From positions 1 through 41,080 of the forward strand of contig JBJDXC010000158.1 of NCBI GenBank assembly GCA_051866475.1: a DNA stretch of 41,080 bases, given 5' to 3'. This DNA comes from Phascolarctobacterium sp. (GTDB taxonomy: Bacteria; Bacillota; Negativicutes; Acidaminococcales; Acidaminococcaceae). The position numbers were made by a program, and so were the translations under genes. Below are positions 28,415 through 37,680 of this stretch, in pieces. The notes below the pieces were generated by a model. That model worked only from the letters and a program-made list of their open reading frames with translations. It did not search any database and was not told the DNA's origin. The first letter of the stretch is position 1. The number at the start of each line of letters is the position of its first letter.

Positions 28415-28744
28415 ATGCATACTCATCAACACAGCTTACCCCTACCCGGTCAGGATGAAGAAAAATATATCCAACCCATGGCTGACACCTTTAAGGTGCT
28501 CAGCGACCCTACCCGTATTCGCATTCTCGCTCTTTTAGCTCAGCAGGAGCTATGTGTAACCTGCATTGCTGATGCTTTAGAGATGACTCATTCGGCCATC
28601 AGTCACCAGCTGCGTCTTCTCAGAGCTGCCAATCTCGTCAAATTTACTAAAGATGGCAAGGAAGTCATTTATTCTCTGGATGACTCCCATGTGCTTTCCC
28701 TTTTCGACCAAGCACTGGATCATGTAAAGCACAAAATGGGTTAA
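28415..28744 (+). CDS. ArsR/SmtB family metal-responsive repressor (CzrA/SmtB-like)
   Basis: FKVLSDPTRIRIL, ELCV, SAISHQLRLLR, alpha-5 metal site DDSHVLSLFDQALDHVKH (DxHx10HxxH). Confidence 0.92.
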   Translation: MHTHQHSLPLPGQDEEKYIQPMADTFKVLSDPTRIRILALLAQQELCVTCIADALEMTHSAISHQLRLLRAANLVKFTKDGKEVIYSLDDSHVLSLFDQALDHVKHKMG

Positions 28745-28747
28745 GCC

Positions 28748-29758
28748 CTAACGTGCATTAACCCATTTTTTAATAATCTCACTCTTATAGGTGCTGGTCC
28801 AGCTTAAATCGTCCACTGGCGCCCGCACATTGCCTATGAGCTCCCTACGACCTACGTTGTAGGGATAATTTTTTACATGCCACATATAGTGATAGCCATT
28901 TTGGGGCAGCAGCTCCGCACCCTCATCACTCATGAGATAATCCAAAAATTGCTGAGCTAATGCTTCATGGGGAGCACCCTTAATAATGGCCGCACCGGTC
29001 AAAATATTGCGGTTGGCGTCCTTGGGCACCGTAGCAAACAAATGGCTATGCCTTGTTTCCAAGAGCAGTGCATAATCCAAGGGCACAATGGCCACGGTTT
29101 TTTTGCCGATATAGACCTTGTCCACGGCCTCGCCAAAGCCGGAGGTATAGTCAGGATTTTGCGCATTCAGCTTGGCCGCATACTCCAGCGCAGCCTCCCG
29201 GCCGCGCAGCTGCCAAATTGAGGTGAGCATGCCGAAGCTGGCTCCGCCCAAGCTAAAGTCCGCCATGGCGATTTCATCCTTCAGCTGATGTGCCAAGAGC
29301 TCGTCCCAGCTTTCCGGAGCATAGAGTCCATAGGACTGGAGATTATTTTTATTGCTCAAAAGAGCGATATAGCTTAAATAGAGGCTTGTCCATTCTCCGG
29401 TGCGATTGCGCAACTCCGCTGGCACCTTATAGGATTCCTTGGCCAGATAGGGCTCCAACACATGCTGCTCATCCGCCATAAAAAACTCCTCGCTGGTACC
29501 GCCCAGCCAAATATCAATTTTACGTGAGCGCAAATAATCAAAGCGCTGCTGCTGCGTGCCAGCGGGCAGATAGCTTACTACTACCTTGGCGCCCGTCTTT
29601 TTGCCAAAGCTAGCAGCAATGAGCTCTGTAAACGCCTTATTCATGCTGCTGCACAGGTGCAGCTGGGGCTTTTCCGCAGGCTTTTCGCTGGCGCAGCCTG
29701 CCACGAGCACAAGCAGCATCAGAAAAGATAATATTTTAGCAAAAGAAATTTTTCGCAT
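28748..29758 (-). CDS. ABC transporter substrate-binding lipoprotein (FbpA/AfuA-like)
   Basis: Lipobox LVAGC; DIWLGGT, PESWDELL, AQQFLDYLMS; own extended -10 (TGaTATAAT near 29785-29793). Confidence 0.82.
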   Translation of the reverse strand: MRKISFAKILSFLMLLVLVAGCASEKPAEKPQLHLCSSMNKAFTELIAASFGKKTGAKVVVSYLPAGTQQQRFDYLRSRKIDIWLGGTSEEFFMADEQHVLEPYLAKESYKVPAELRNRTGEWTSLYLSYIALLSNKNNLQSYGLYAPESWDELLAHQLKDEIAMADFSLGGASFGMLTSIWQLRGREAALEYAAKLNAQNPDYTSGFGEAVDKVYIGKKTVAIVPLDYALLLETRHSHLFATVPKDANRNILTGAAIIKGAPHEALAQQFLDYLMSDEGAELLPQNGYHYMWHVKNYPYNVGRRELIGNVRAPVDDLSWTSTYKSEIIKKWVNAR

Positions 29759-29815
29759 TATTCATAATCCGCCTTTCCTTTACCATTATATCATATCTTG
29801 AGTGCTTATAGACAG

Positions 29816-29845
29816 AAAAAATAGGCCGGCATTGCTGCCGGCCTA
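29816..29845 (-). terminator. Intrinsic terminator after the ABC ATPase
   Basis: TAGGCCGGCA-ttgc-TGCCGGCCTA followed by a T-tract on the minus strand. Confidence 0.85.
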
Positions 29846-29862
29846 AAATTTTACATTTTGGC

Positions 29863-30906
29863 TTATTTTTCAAAAACCATAACGCGGTCAAAGTCCAGAT
29901 ATACCTTGGCGCCATCGGGAATGGAGTCCAAATCTGCACCCTTCACGATAACGCGTACATCGTGGTCGCCCACCTTCACGCGATAGTCAACTGCATCGCC
30001 CAAGTAGAAGCGGTGCGTCAGCTGGCCCTCGATTTGGCCGCCGTCCAGGGACATGGTGATGTTCTCGGGACGTACAGCGATGGTAGCCTCACCGGTAATC
30101 TTGCTGTGGTTGGGGAAGGAAACCTTGCTGCCCTTCAGGAATACGCGGTCGCCCTTTACCTCGCCCTCCATGAAGTTTACAAGACCGATGAAGTCTGCAA
30201 CCATCTTATTGGCAGGTTGGGTATAGATTTCATGGGGAGCGCCGATTTGTTGTACCACGCCCATGCTCATAACTACTACGCGATCACTCATAGCCATGGC
30301 TTCGCCCTGGTCATGGGTTACATAAACAACGGTAATGCCGGTTTTCTTTTGGATTTCCAAAATCTCAAAGCGCATGGACTCGCGCAGCTTCGCATCCAGG
30401 TTGGACAGGGGCTCGTCCAAAAGCAGCAGGCCGGGCTCAGCAACAAGTGCACGAGCCAAAGCTACACGCTGTTGTTGACCGCCGGACAATTGGTTGGGAT
30501 AGCGCTTGCCATATTCACCCAAGTGTACCAGCTCCAGCATTTCCTGTACGCGACGTTCACGCTCAGCCTTATCCACCTTTTGAATTTTCAGAGGATAACC
30601 AACGTTTTCAGCCACAGTCATATGGGGCCATACAGCATAGGATTGGAATACCATACCAATATCGCGTTTTTCCGGAGGAGCAAAGGAGCCCTTAATGGAG
30701 GAGCTTACGCATTGCTCACCAATGTAGATTTCACCCTCAGTAGCGCGCTCAAAGCCTGCAATCATGCGCAGGGTAGTGGTCTTACCGCAGCCGGAGGGGC
30801 CTAGGATGGACACGAACTCGCCATCCTTAACAACCAGATTAAAATCGTTTACAGCAGTTACGCCGCCAAAACGCTTAAATACATGCTCAATTCTTACCTC
30901 AGACAT
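29863..30906 (-). CDS. ABC transporter ATP-binding protein (FbpC/PotA-like, TOBE domain)
   Basis: Walker A GPSGCGKT, LSGGQQQR, LLLDEP, VTHDQ. Confidence 0.95.
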   Translation of the reverse strand: MSEVRIEHVFKRFGGVTAVNDFNLVVKDGEFVSILGPSGCGKTTTLRMIAGFERATEGEIYIGEQCVSSSIKGSFAPPEKRDIGMVFQSYAVWPHMTVAENVGYPLKIQKVDKAERERRVQEMLELVHLGEYGKRYPNQLSGGQQQRVALARALVAEPGLLLLDEPLSNLDAKLRESMRFEILEIQKKTGITVVYVTHDQGEAMAMSDRVVVMSMGVVQQIGAPHEIYTQPANKMVADFIGLVNFMEGEVKGDRVFLKGSKVSFPNHSKITGEATIAVRPENITMSLDGGQIEGQLTHRFYLGDAVDYRVKVGDHDVRVIVKGADLDSIPDGAKVYLDFDRVMVFEK

Positions 30907-30923
30907 TTATTGTTCACTCCTTG

Positions 30924-32594
30924 TTAAATACCAACGTTACCCTTGGAAACCTTGTTCAAAATCAGGTTGCCAATGAGGACGATAGCCAGAATGATTACGG
31001 AAAGCACGGATGCATTCTGGGTATCAGCATAGGTTTGCAGCTCGTACAGCAATACGCCAATGGTCTTGGTGTCACTGCCATACAGCAGCAAAGACATGGT
31101 CAATTCGTAGAAGGACGGCATGAAAATCAAGAACCAGCCGGCGATTACGGAAGGAGCAATCAACGGGATAATGATATCCTTGCAGCAGCGCAGCCAGTTA
31201 GCACCGGAGTTCAAGGCAGCCTCTTCCAAGGAAATGTGTACCTGACTCAAGGCTGCGGCGATAGTACGCACGGACATGGTCATGTACTTAACTAGGTAGC
31301 TGACGATAATAATCCATACAGTGGAGTACAGATTGAGGCCATAGTTGCCGCTGAAGGTAATAATCAAAGCCAAAGCGATAACGATGGAGGGAGTGGAGCC
31401 ACCGATTACTACCAAAAGGTCGGGGATGCTGCGGCCCTTGAGCTGGGTTTTAACAGCCAGATAAGCCACAAACAAGCTGAGCAAAGTGCCGATGGAGGCA
31501 GCGATAACACCGTACACAACGGAGTTCCAGACGCTTTCCATATATTGGGCACTGGTAATAACGGGAATCCAGGGATCAATACCGATATTAGACCAGGTAA
31601 TGGGCTTGGACATGGACTTCAGGAAGGAAGTCAACACGATGGATCCAAGCGGGATAATAACGGCGATAGCGCCATACAGTCCCACTGCACAGAAGGCAGG
31701 CCAGCGCCATTTGCCCAATTCAACGATGTTAGGACGGGTGGATTTACCGGAAATGGTGGTGTAGTCCTTGCGGCCCATCATCCAAGTCATACCCATCAAC
31801 AGGATGTTAGCAATGAACATCAACGAAGCAGCCAGAGCCGTGGAATCACGGATACCGGCGTCATCGCCCATGTAAATGTAGGTTACGATACGGGTGGTCA
31901 TAACCTCGATATTACCGGGCATACCAACGATGGAGGGGATGCCAAAGCAGGAACCTGCGGCAATGAATACCAAAAGGCCACCAGCCAAAATAGAGGGAGC
32001 CATCAAGGGCAGGGTTACGTCCAGCACAGTACGCAACGGAGAGGCACCGGATACGCGGGCAGCCTCTTCCAAGGTCGGGTCCATTTTCTCCATAGCGCGG
32101 GAAATGGTAATGAAGGCAAAGGGGGAATAGAACAGGGTTAAAACCCAAGCCAGACCCCAGAAGGTGTAAATATCAAAGGGAGCGGTCTGCAGCCCAAACA
32201 TCCATTTGAAAATATTATTCAAATAACCTACGCTGGGGTTAAGCAATTGTACCCAAGCAATAGCACCTACGTAGGGAGGAATCATATAGCTGGAAACTAA
32301 CAGGGTACGGAAGCCCTTTTTGCCGGGCATATCGGTACGACCTACTAGCCAGGCCAGCGGGAAAGTGATGATAACGCTGGCAATCATAACCATCAAGGAC
32401 AGCTCTACGGTGTTGGTCAAGGCCTTCCAGTTGACATCCGCGCTGTACACATTGCGGTAATTTTCTAAATTAATGGCACCGTCCTTCACAATGCTGTCAA
32501 AAAGCAATATTCCCATGGGGAAGATTACGAAATAGAGCAGCAGCAGCACGGACAGAGAAATAACTATTGTTTTGCTGTTAATTCGTGATAGCAT
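30924..32594 (-). CDS. Double-domain ABC permease (FbpB/AfuB-like)
   Basis: Two EAA loops (LEEAARVSGAS, LEEAALNSGAN); about 12 TM; start probably ATG 32594 (alternative 32621). Confidence 0.92.
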   Translation of the reverse strand: MLSRINSKTIVISLSVLLLLYFVIFPMGILLFDSIVKDGAINLENYRNVYSADVNWKALTNTVELSLMVMIASVIITFPLAWLVGRTDMPGKKGFRTLLVSSYMIPPYVGAIAWVQLLNPSVGYLNNIFKWMFGLQTAPFDIYTFWGLAWVLTLFYSPFAFITISRAMEKMDPTLEEAARVSGASPLRTVLDVTLPLMAPSILAGGLLVFIAAGSCFGIPSIVGMPGNIEVMTTRIVTYIYMGDDAGIRDSTALAASLMFIANILLMGMTWMMGRKDYTTISGKSTRPNIVELGKWRWPAFCAVGLYGAIAVIIPLGSIVLTSFLKSMSKPITWSNIGIDPWIPVITSAQYMESVWNSVVYGVIAASIGTLLSLFVAYLAVKTQLKGRSIPDLLVVIGGSTPSIVIALALIITFSGNYGLNLYSTVWIIIVSYLVKYMTMSVRTIAAALSQVHISLEEAALNSGANWLRCCKDIIIPLIAPSVIAGWFLIFMPSFYELTMSLLLYGSDTKTIGVLLYELQTYADTQNASVLSVIILAIVLIGNLILNKVSKGNVGI

Positions 32595-32667
32595 GGAAAG
32601 TAATGTTTCTCCTTCCCTCAAAAAATCTCAAAATACGGGGGTTTAAGGGATTTAAAAATAAAGCAGG

Positions 32668-32698
32668 AAAACAGGGAGCGCCTAAGCGTCCCTGTTTT
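32668..32698. terminator. Intercistronic stem-loop after the binding-protein gene (partial terminator or mRNA stabiliser)
   Basis: AAAACAGGGA...TCCCTGTTTT 10-bp inverted repeat. Confidence 0.7.
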
Positions 32699-32731
32699 GC
32701 CTATGAATTACATTGTTACACTACAGGTAGA

Positions 32732-33769
32732 TTATTTGTCCATAACTCTCTTACGGAACTCTTCTTTAATCTTAGCGTTGTTGTCAGCCAATTTTCTCCA
32801 GTCAACTTTGATCTTGCCGTCGGTCAGACCCTTGGTCGGAACGGAACCAATAGGCTCTTTAACGTCGCCACGAACGGAGTGCATCCAGCCCTTAACAACT
32901 GCTTGTTGGCCTTCCTTGCTCAGCCACCAGTCAACCAATGCCTTAGCGCCTTCAGGATTCTTGGTGGTGTTGAAAATAGCGATCGGGGAAGGAACTTGTA
33001 CTACGCCGTCCTTCGGATAGATAACCTTCAGAGGCTCTTTCTTGGTGTTAGCCAGCTTCAGGATGTTTTCTTCCAGAATCATAGCAGCTGCATATTCGCC
33101 GGTCAACAGCTTGTTTTGAATAGCGGAGTTGCCTTCTTCAACGCGCAGGCCGTTAGCTTTCAGTTTATCAAAATATTCCCAACCATATTTGTCAGCCAAA
33201 GCGCCAACTGCTACATAAGCGGTACCGCTCAGCATGGGGTTAGGCATAGCGATCTTGCCCTTCCATTTCGGGTCGGTCAAATCAGTCCAGTTTTTCGGAG
33301 CATCTTCAGCCTTCAGTTTATCAGCATTGTAAGCAATGATCATGTTGCAAACACGTACTGCATACCAGGAGCCGTCAGCAGCCTTATCATTGATTAGATT
33401 CTTTTCTTCCTTGGATTTGTAAGGAAGCAACAGTTTTTGGTCTTCTAATTTCAGATAGTAGGAGGGATCTGCTACCATCAATACGTCAGCGCCAATCTTC
33501 TTAGCTTTGATTTCGCCGGTAATCTTGGTAACAACCTTTTCGGTGCCGCCTTGGAACCAGTTAACCTTCATTTCGGGGAATGCTTTGGCAACATTGGGTT
33601 TGCACATATTGTCGATGATATCAGGGTAAATAGAGGTATAAACCATGATTTCGCCTTTAGTGCCGGTAGCTTTTTTGTCAGCCTTTTTGTCGCCACCGCC
33701 GCAGCCAGCCAGGGCTACGCTCAATGCCAGAATTGCTGCTGCGCCGAGCATCCATTTAGATTTTTTCAT
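32732..33769 (-). CDS. ABC transporter substrate-binding lipoprotein (Fe3+/phosphorylated-solute cluster)
   Basis: Lipobox ALAGC, VYTS, ADVLMVAD, PKNWTDLTDPKWKGKIAMPNP..SGT. Confidence 0.9.
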   Translation of the reverse strand: MKKSKWMLGAAAILALSVALAGCGGGDKKADKKATGTKGEIMVYTSIYPDIIDNMCKPNVAKAFPEMKVNWFQGGTEKVVTKITGEIKAKKIGADVLMVADPSYYLKLEDQKLLLPYKSKEEKNLINDKAADGSWYAVRVCNMIIAYNADKLKAEDAPKNWTDLTDPKWKGKIAMPNPMLSGTAYVAVGALADKYGWEYFDKLKANGLRVEEGNSAIQNKLLTGEYAAAMILEENILKLANTKKEPLKVIYPKDGVVQVPSPIAIFNTTKNPEGAKALVDWWLSKEGQQAVVKGWMHSVRGDVKEPIGSVPTKGLTDGKIKVDWRKLADNNAKIKEEFRKRVMDK

Positions 33770-34016
33770 TCACAAACACTCCTTTTTCCTTATCTTCGTT
33801 GATATATTATTTTTACTAGTGTAAATTGCCTTCTACACCTTTATTAGAAAAATTCGCTATGGTCTGATTTTTCCCTGCTTACACTTTACAAAAAATTAAT
33901 ATATTTTTCACTTTTTGTGTCACATTAACGCTTATTGGATAGACATTCCACCACGATATTACATGTGACTATTTTTGTCCTGCATGGACATTTTATGTCC
34001 CGTATTTAAGTAAATA

Positions 34017-34069
34017 AAAATGTGTATTTAAAGTGCTAGCAAACCCACCCTATTTTAAATACACATTTT
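34017..34069. repeat. Perfect 16-bp AT-rich inverted repeat, probable terminator of the FkbM gene
   Basis: AAAATGTGTATTTAAA - 21 nt - TTTAAATACACATTTT, about 10 nt past the FkbM stop. Confidence 0.65.
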
Positions 34070-34078
34070 CGAGGCTGC

Positions 34079-35161
34079 TTACTTTATAGCGATATAATTC
34101 AGCTCCCACGCCGGCACATAAGGGTGCTTGCGCAAATAGATTTTATAATATGGCACTAGCTGCCACATAGCAAGTGGCAAGCGGAATAAATCCACATCGT
34201 AGTGATAGGCAGCTACAAAAAGCTTCGGCACATACTTACCAATTGTTGCGGCGCCGCCCGCGAGCGCCTGCACCTCCGCCCCCTCCACATCCATCTTAAT
34301 GTAGGAGATTGCACGTCCCGCCGCTACAACGTCAATCGTAGTCACAGGTACCACTTTTTTACACGCGCCCATAAAGGTGGACTGACGTCCACCGCTGTCG
34401 CTAAAGCTAAGCTCACCCGCGGCATCCCAGATGCCGCTTTCGTGCACCTCCACAGCTAGGCCCCGCTGCGCGAGCTGCTCCGCAAGGGCGCGCAGCTTGC
34501 GGCAATTGCGCCTGTCCGGCTCCACTGCTATGGCCTGTTGCCACCGCCAGTCAGTAAGCCTACCCAGCTCTTCTATAGTATCTCCGTTATACGCGCCCAA
34601 ATCTAAATAAACCTCCCAAGCGTCAGGACGGATTAGCTGGCGCAAATCCTCCTGCCGCTGTGTTTCGCAGTCAAACAAATAGCTGATTTTCCCGCTCAGC
34701 TTATAGTTCAGCGTATTGGCAAAAACCTTACGGGACTGCTCATCCGCCAAGCGCTCATACACCTCTGTGAGCTCACTTGCGTGCTTAATCAGCCACGCTT
34801 CACTCACAGTCTCCTCTTCGTCGAACAACGGTAAGTGGGGTGCCACCACCTCCTGCTCCTCAGACAGCTCCTTAAAGCGGCTCAAGACCTCCGGTCTCTC
34901 GCTAGCAAAGGCGATGACGACCAAAAGCTCTGCGCCCAAGCGAGCCTTGATATCCGTATAGCGCTCCACCGTATAACCGCGGAACTGCTGTCCGCGCACG
35001 AATTCATCGCTGGCAAAAACGCCCTGTACCTGCACCTTATTAGCCTCGCACCAATCGAGGATTTTGTCAGCGCCATTGCCCATGCCATAAAGCACAATGG
35101 GCTTGGCAGTAGTACGCAGCGTTTCCCAAACGCTGCGCTTTTCTATCATAAAATCAAGCAT
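34079..35161 (-). CDS. FkbM family SAM-dependent methyltransferase
   Basis: YLDLGAYNGD, AVEPD, YIKMDVEGAE..ALAG, AAYH. Start moved to ATG 35161 behind GGAGG. Confidence 0.88.
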   Translation of the reverse strand: MLDFMIEKRSVWETLRTTAKPIVLYGMGNGADKILDWCEANKVQVQGVFASDEFVRGQQFRGYTVERYTDIKARLGAELLVVIAFASERPEVLSRFKELSEEQEVVAPHLPLFDEEETVSEAWLIKHASELTEVYERLADEQSRKVFANTLNYKLSGKISYLFDCETQRQEDLRQLIRPDAWEVYLDLGAYNGDTIEELGRLTDWRWQQAIAVEPDRRNCRKLRALAEQLAQRGLAVEVHESGIWDAAGELSFSDSGGRQSTFMGACKKVVPVTTIDVVAAGRAISYIKMDVEGAEVQALAGGAATIGKYVPKLFVAAYHYDVDLFRLPLAMWQLVPYYKIYLRKHPYVPAWELNYIAIK

Positions 35162-35300
35162 TGACCTACCTCCTGATATATTTACTCTATTATACACTAT
35201 TAGCTAGTGACTGATATGGTAAAATATGTTAAAATAAGAAATAATGAGCTAATTTTTTAGCTCCGGAATATTATTCTCTTCTTACTCGGAGGTTTTTCTA

Positions 35301-35672
35301 ATGGCTCTACTGGAATCAGGTGAAAACTACCTGGAAACTATTCTCGTTTTAACAAAAAAGAACGGCAGCGTCCGTTCTATCGATATTGCCGACGCTATGC
35401 AGTTTACTAAAGCCAGCGTCAGCCGTGCTATGAGCATTTTGAAGCGTGACAATTATATCATCATGCATCCGGATGGCTCTATTTTGCTCACCAAGGAAGG
35501 TCAGAAAAAAGCTGCTGCTGTTTATGACCGTCATGTAACCTTGACTCGCTTCATCAATGAGGTTTTAGGAGTTGATGCTGAGATTGCGGAAAAGGATGCC
35601 TGCCGCATTGAGCATATCATAAGCCCCGAAACCTTTGCTGGCATCAAGGCTCAGCTAGCTTCTAAAAAGTAA
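35301..35672 (+). CDS. DtxR/MntR family metal-dependent transcriptional regulator (short form, no FeoA domain)
   Basis: SGENYLETI, VRSIDIA, KASVSRAM, RH..L, AEKDACRIEHIIS. Confidence 0.92.
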   Translation: MALLESGENYLETILVLTKKNGSVRSIDIADAMQFTKASVSRAMSILKRDNYIIMHPDGSILLTKEGQKKAAAVYDRHVTLTRFINEVLGVDAEIAEKDACRIEHIISPETFAGIKAQLASKK

Positions 35673-35715
35673 AACCTGACTGGGGTGCAGTTATCTTTTA
35701 CAAGGAAGGTGTTTT

Positions 35716-36369
35716 ATGAAAAGAATCTTTTTACTCGTGCTAACCCTTTGCCTGTTCTGCGTTAGTGCAGCAGCAGGCCCCAAGCTGTACCGTCATCCCC
35801 AATACGATTTTTCTAATGTGCGTAATGTAAAGGTTACTGTAATTACTAACGTGCATCCGGAAACCGCTGGCAGCTTCCATGCCGAAGACATGGCGGAGGA
35901 AAAGCTGCTCTCAGCACTGTATAGTGCAGCCGGAAAAAACAACCTCATTCTCACCGATGAGCGTCCTGGCGGCCCCATAGCTCCCACAGGCGAACAGGAA
36001 AGCTTTTTAAATCGTAATAAAAAGGCTCCCCGCACTGTAGAAGCCCGTGTAACTATCAACTATTTGGGCTATCGTCGTTATAAGGTTGCTGGTCACTATC
36101 AGCAAAAAACTGAGTACTTTAAGGAAAAGCGCAAGGACGCCTGGGGCAAGGAGCATTATGTGGAAATCCCCATCACCACTCAAGTTTGGGTACCTGATGC
36201 CTATCATAATAATGCCTTGATGGACGTAATTTACAATGTATACGACCTCGAAACTGCGGCTGTAATTGCTAATGTTATGGATAGACGTGAGCGTGAATAT
36301 GAGGAAGATACCTCCGGTATGCTGGGTCGCTCCACCAACGATTTCTTAAAAGCTCTGGTGAAAAAATAA
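35716..36369 (+). CDS. Hypothetical exported protein
   Basis: Signal-peptide-like N-terminus MKRIFLLVLTLCLFCVSAAA; SD GGAAGG; no recognised motif. Confidence 0.75.
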   Translation: MKRIFLLVLTLCLFCVSAAAGPKLYRHPQYDFSNVRNVKVTVITNVHPETAGSFHAEDMAEEKLLSALYSAAGKNNLILTDERPGGPIAPTGEQESFLNRNKKAPRTVEARVTINYLGYRRYKVAGHYQQKTEYFKEKRKDAWGKEHYVEIPITTQVWVPDAYHNNALMDVIYNVYDLETAAVIANVMDRREREYEEDTSGMLGRSTNDFLKALVKK

Positions 36370-36382
36370 GATAAAATTAATC

Positions 36383-36424
36383 TCCCCGAACATGCTTAAG
36401 CAGCATTGTTCGGGGATTTGCTTT
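36383..36424 (+). terminator. Intrinsic terminator
   Basis: TCCCCGAACA...TGTTCGGGGA followed by TTTGCTTTT. Confidence 0.75.
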
Positions 36425-36444
36425 TCGAGCCACTAATCTTATTA

Positions 36445-36491
36445 AAATTAATTCTCATTATTGTTGACATCTCATTTATTCATGATATAAT
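36445..36491 (+). promoter_or_regulatory. Sigma-A promoter for the first cbiK with an adjacent Fur-box-like sequence
   Basis: TTGACA 36464-36469, 16 bp, TATAAT 36486-36491 with TG extension; upstream AATTCTCATTATT reads AATAATGAGAATT on the minus strand. Confidence 0.65.
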
Positions 36492-36580
36492 CTTAAGAAA
36501 GAAGGCAATCTAGCTTTTCTTATACATTTATAAGTCACTCAATTGCCGTCCGTACTATAAATTTAAAGGAGTGTGCATTT

Positions 36581-37570
36581 ATGAAATCTTTAAAAAAATT
36601 CGCCCTCGCCACCATGACCTGCGCCGCACTTTTAGGCTTTGCTGCAACTAGCCACGCAGCATATCAGCTGAGCGATGAGGTTAAAACCGCCACCCCGGCT
36701 CTTTTAATGGCTACCCAAATCGGTGTTAAAAGCAATGTAAATGCTGATTTAGCTAAGCTGCCCGATAAGGACGCCATTCTCGTTATGAGCTTTGGCACCA
36801 CCTTCAAGGATACTCGTGAAAAAACTATTGATGCCACTGTAGAGGCCATTAAGGCTGCTCATCCTGGCGTAAAGGTTGTTACTGCCTTCACCTCCCACAT
36901 CATTATCGACCGCATTAAGGCTAAAGAGGGCATTACCTATCCTACTCCCGAGGAAGCAATTGCCCAATTGAAGAAGGAAGGCTATACCCGCGTAGCTATG
37001 ACCTCTTTAGACATCATCCCCGGCATGGAATATGCCTACAAGGATGCTGTATATCAAATGCATAAGAACGACTTCAAGAAAGCTTCTTTCGGTACTCCCT
37101 TAATGTACTGGCAAGGTCAAGAGGGACAGGATGATGATATTACCGCTACCATGAAGGCTCTGTCCACCCAATTCCCGAAAATGGGTAAAAAAGACGCTGT
37201 TCTGGTAATGGCTCATGGCACTCCCCACCCGGCCAATGCTTACTATGCCGTTATGCAGGACCGCTTGAACGAGCTGGGCTATGAAAATGTTTTAATTTTC
37301 TCCGTTGAAGGCTGGCCCCATCTGGACACCGTTATCCCGCAGCTGAAGGCTAAAAAAATTAAGAACATTACCCTGATGCCCCTGATGATGGTTGCAGGTG
37401 ACCACGCTAATAACGATATGGCCGGTGACGAGCCCGATTCCTACAAATCCATTCTGGAAAAGGAAGGCTTCAAGGTTGATGCCTACATTCATGGCTTAGG
37501 CGAAAACGAAGCAGTGCGCAAGATTTTCGTTGAAAAAGCAGACCAAGCTTGGGACGCACTTCATAAATAA
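36581..37570 (+). CDS. cbiK: Sirohydrochlorin cobaltochelatase CbiK-like protein with signal peptide (exported form)
   Basis: ILVMSFGT, AFTS, MAHGTPH, VEGWP, PLMMVAGDHANNDMAG, GLGE; N-terminal Sec signal ending ASHA-like (ATSHA). Confidence 0.88.
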   Translation: MKSLKKFALATMTCAALLGFAATSHAAYQLSDEVKTATPALLMATQIGVKSNVNADLAKLPDKDAILVMSFGTTFKDTREKTIDATVEAIKAAHPGVKVVTAFTSHIIIDRIKAKEGITYPTPEEAIAQLKKEGYTRVAMTSLDIIPGMEYAYKDAVYQMHKNDFKKASFGTPLMYWQGQEGQDDDITATMKALSTQFPKMGKKDAVLVMAHGTPHPANAYYAVMQDRLNELGYENVLIFSVEGWPHLDTVIPQLKAKKIKNITLMPLMMVAGDHANNDMAGDEPDSYKSILEKEGFKVDAYIHGLGENEAVRKIFVEKADQAWDALHK

Positions 37571-37593
37571 GCCTTGTTGTAAAAATTCTATAG

Positions 37594-37629
37594 TAACTCT
37601 CCGTCAGCTATAGGCGGAGAGTTATTTTT
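37594..37629 (+). terminator. Intrinsic terminator between the cbiK paralogues
   Basis: TAACTCTCCGTC...GGCGGAGAGTTA followed by TTTTT. Confidence 0.85.
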
Positions 37630-37680
37630 CTCTTGCCCCTACTTATGCTATAATAAAAAGAAAACGAATTGAGGTGTAAT

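Noticed and set aside
36495-36580. Cobalamin or NiCo riboswitch in the cbiK leader
   Set aside because: Leader is about 85 nt and AT-rich; only weak GGCAAT/ATTGCC pairing and no conserved aptamer motifs.
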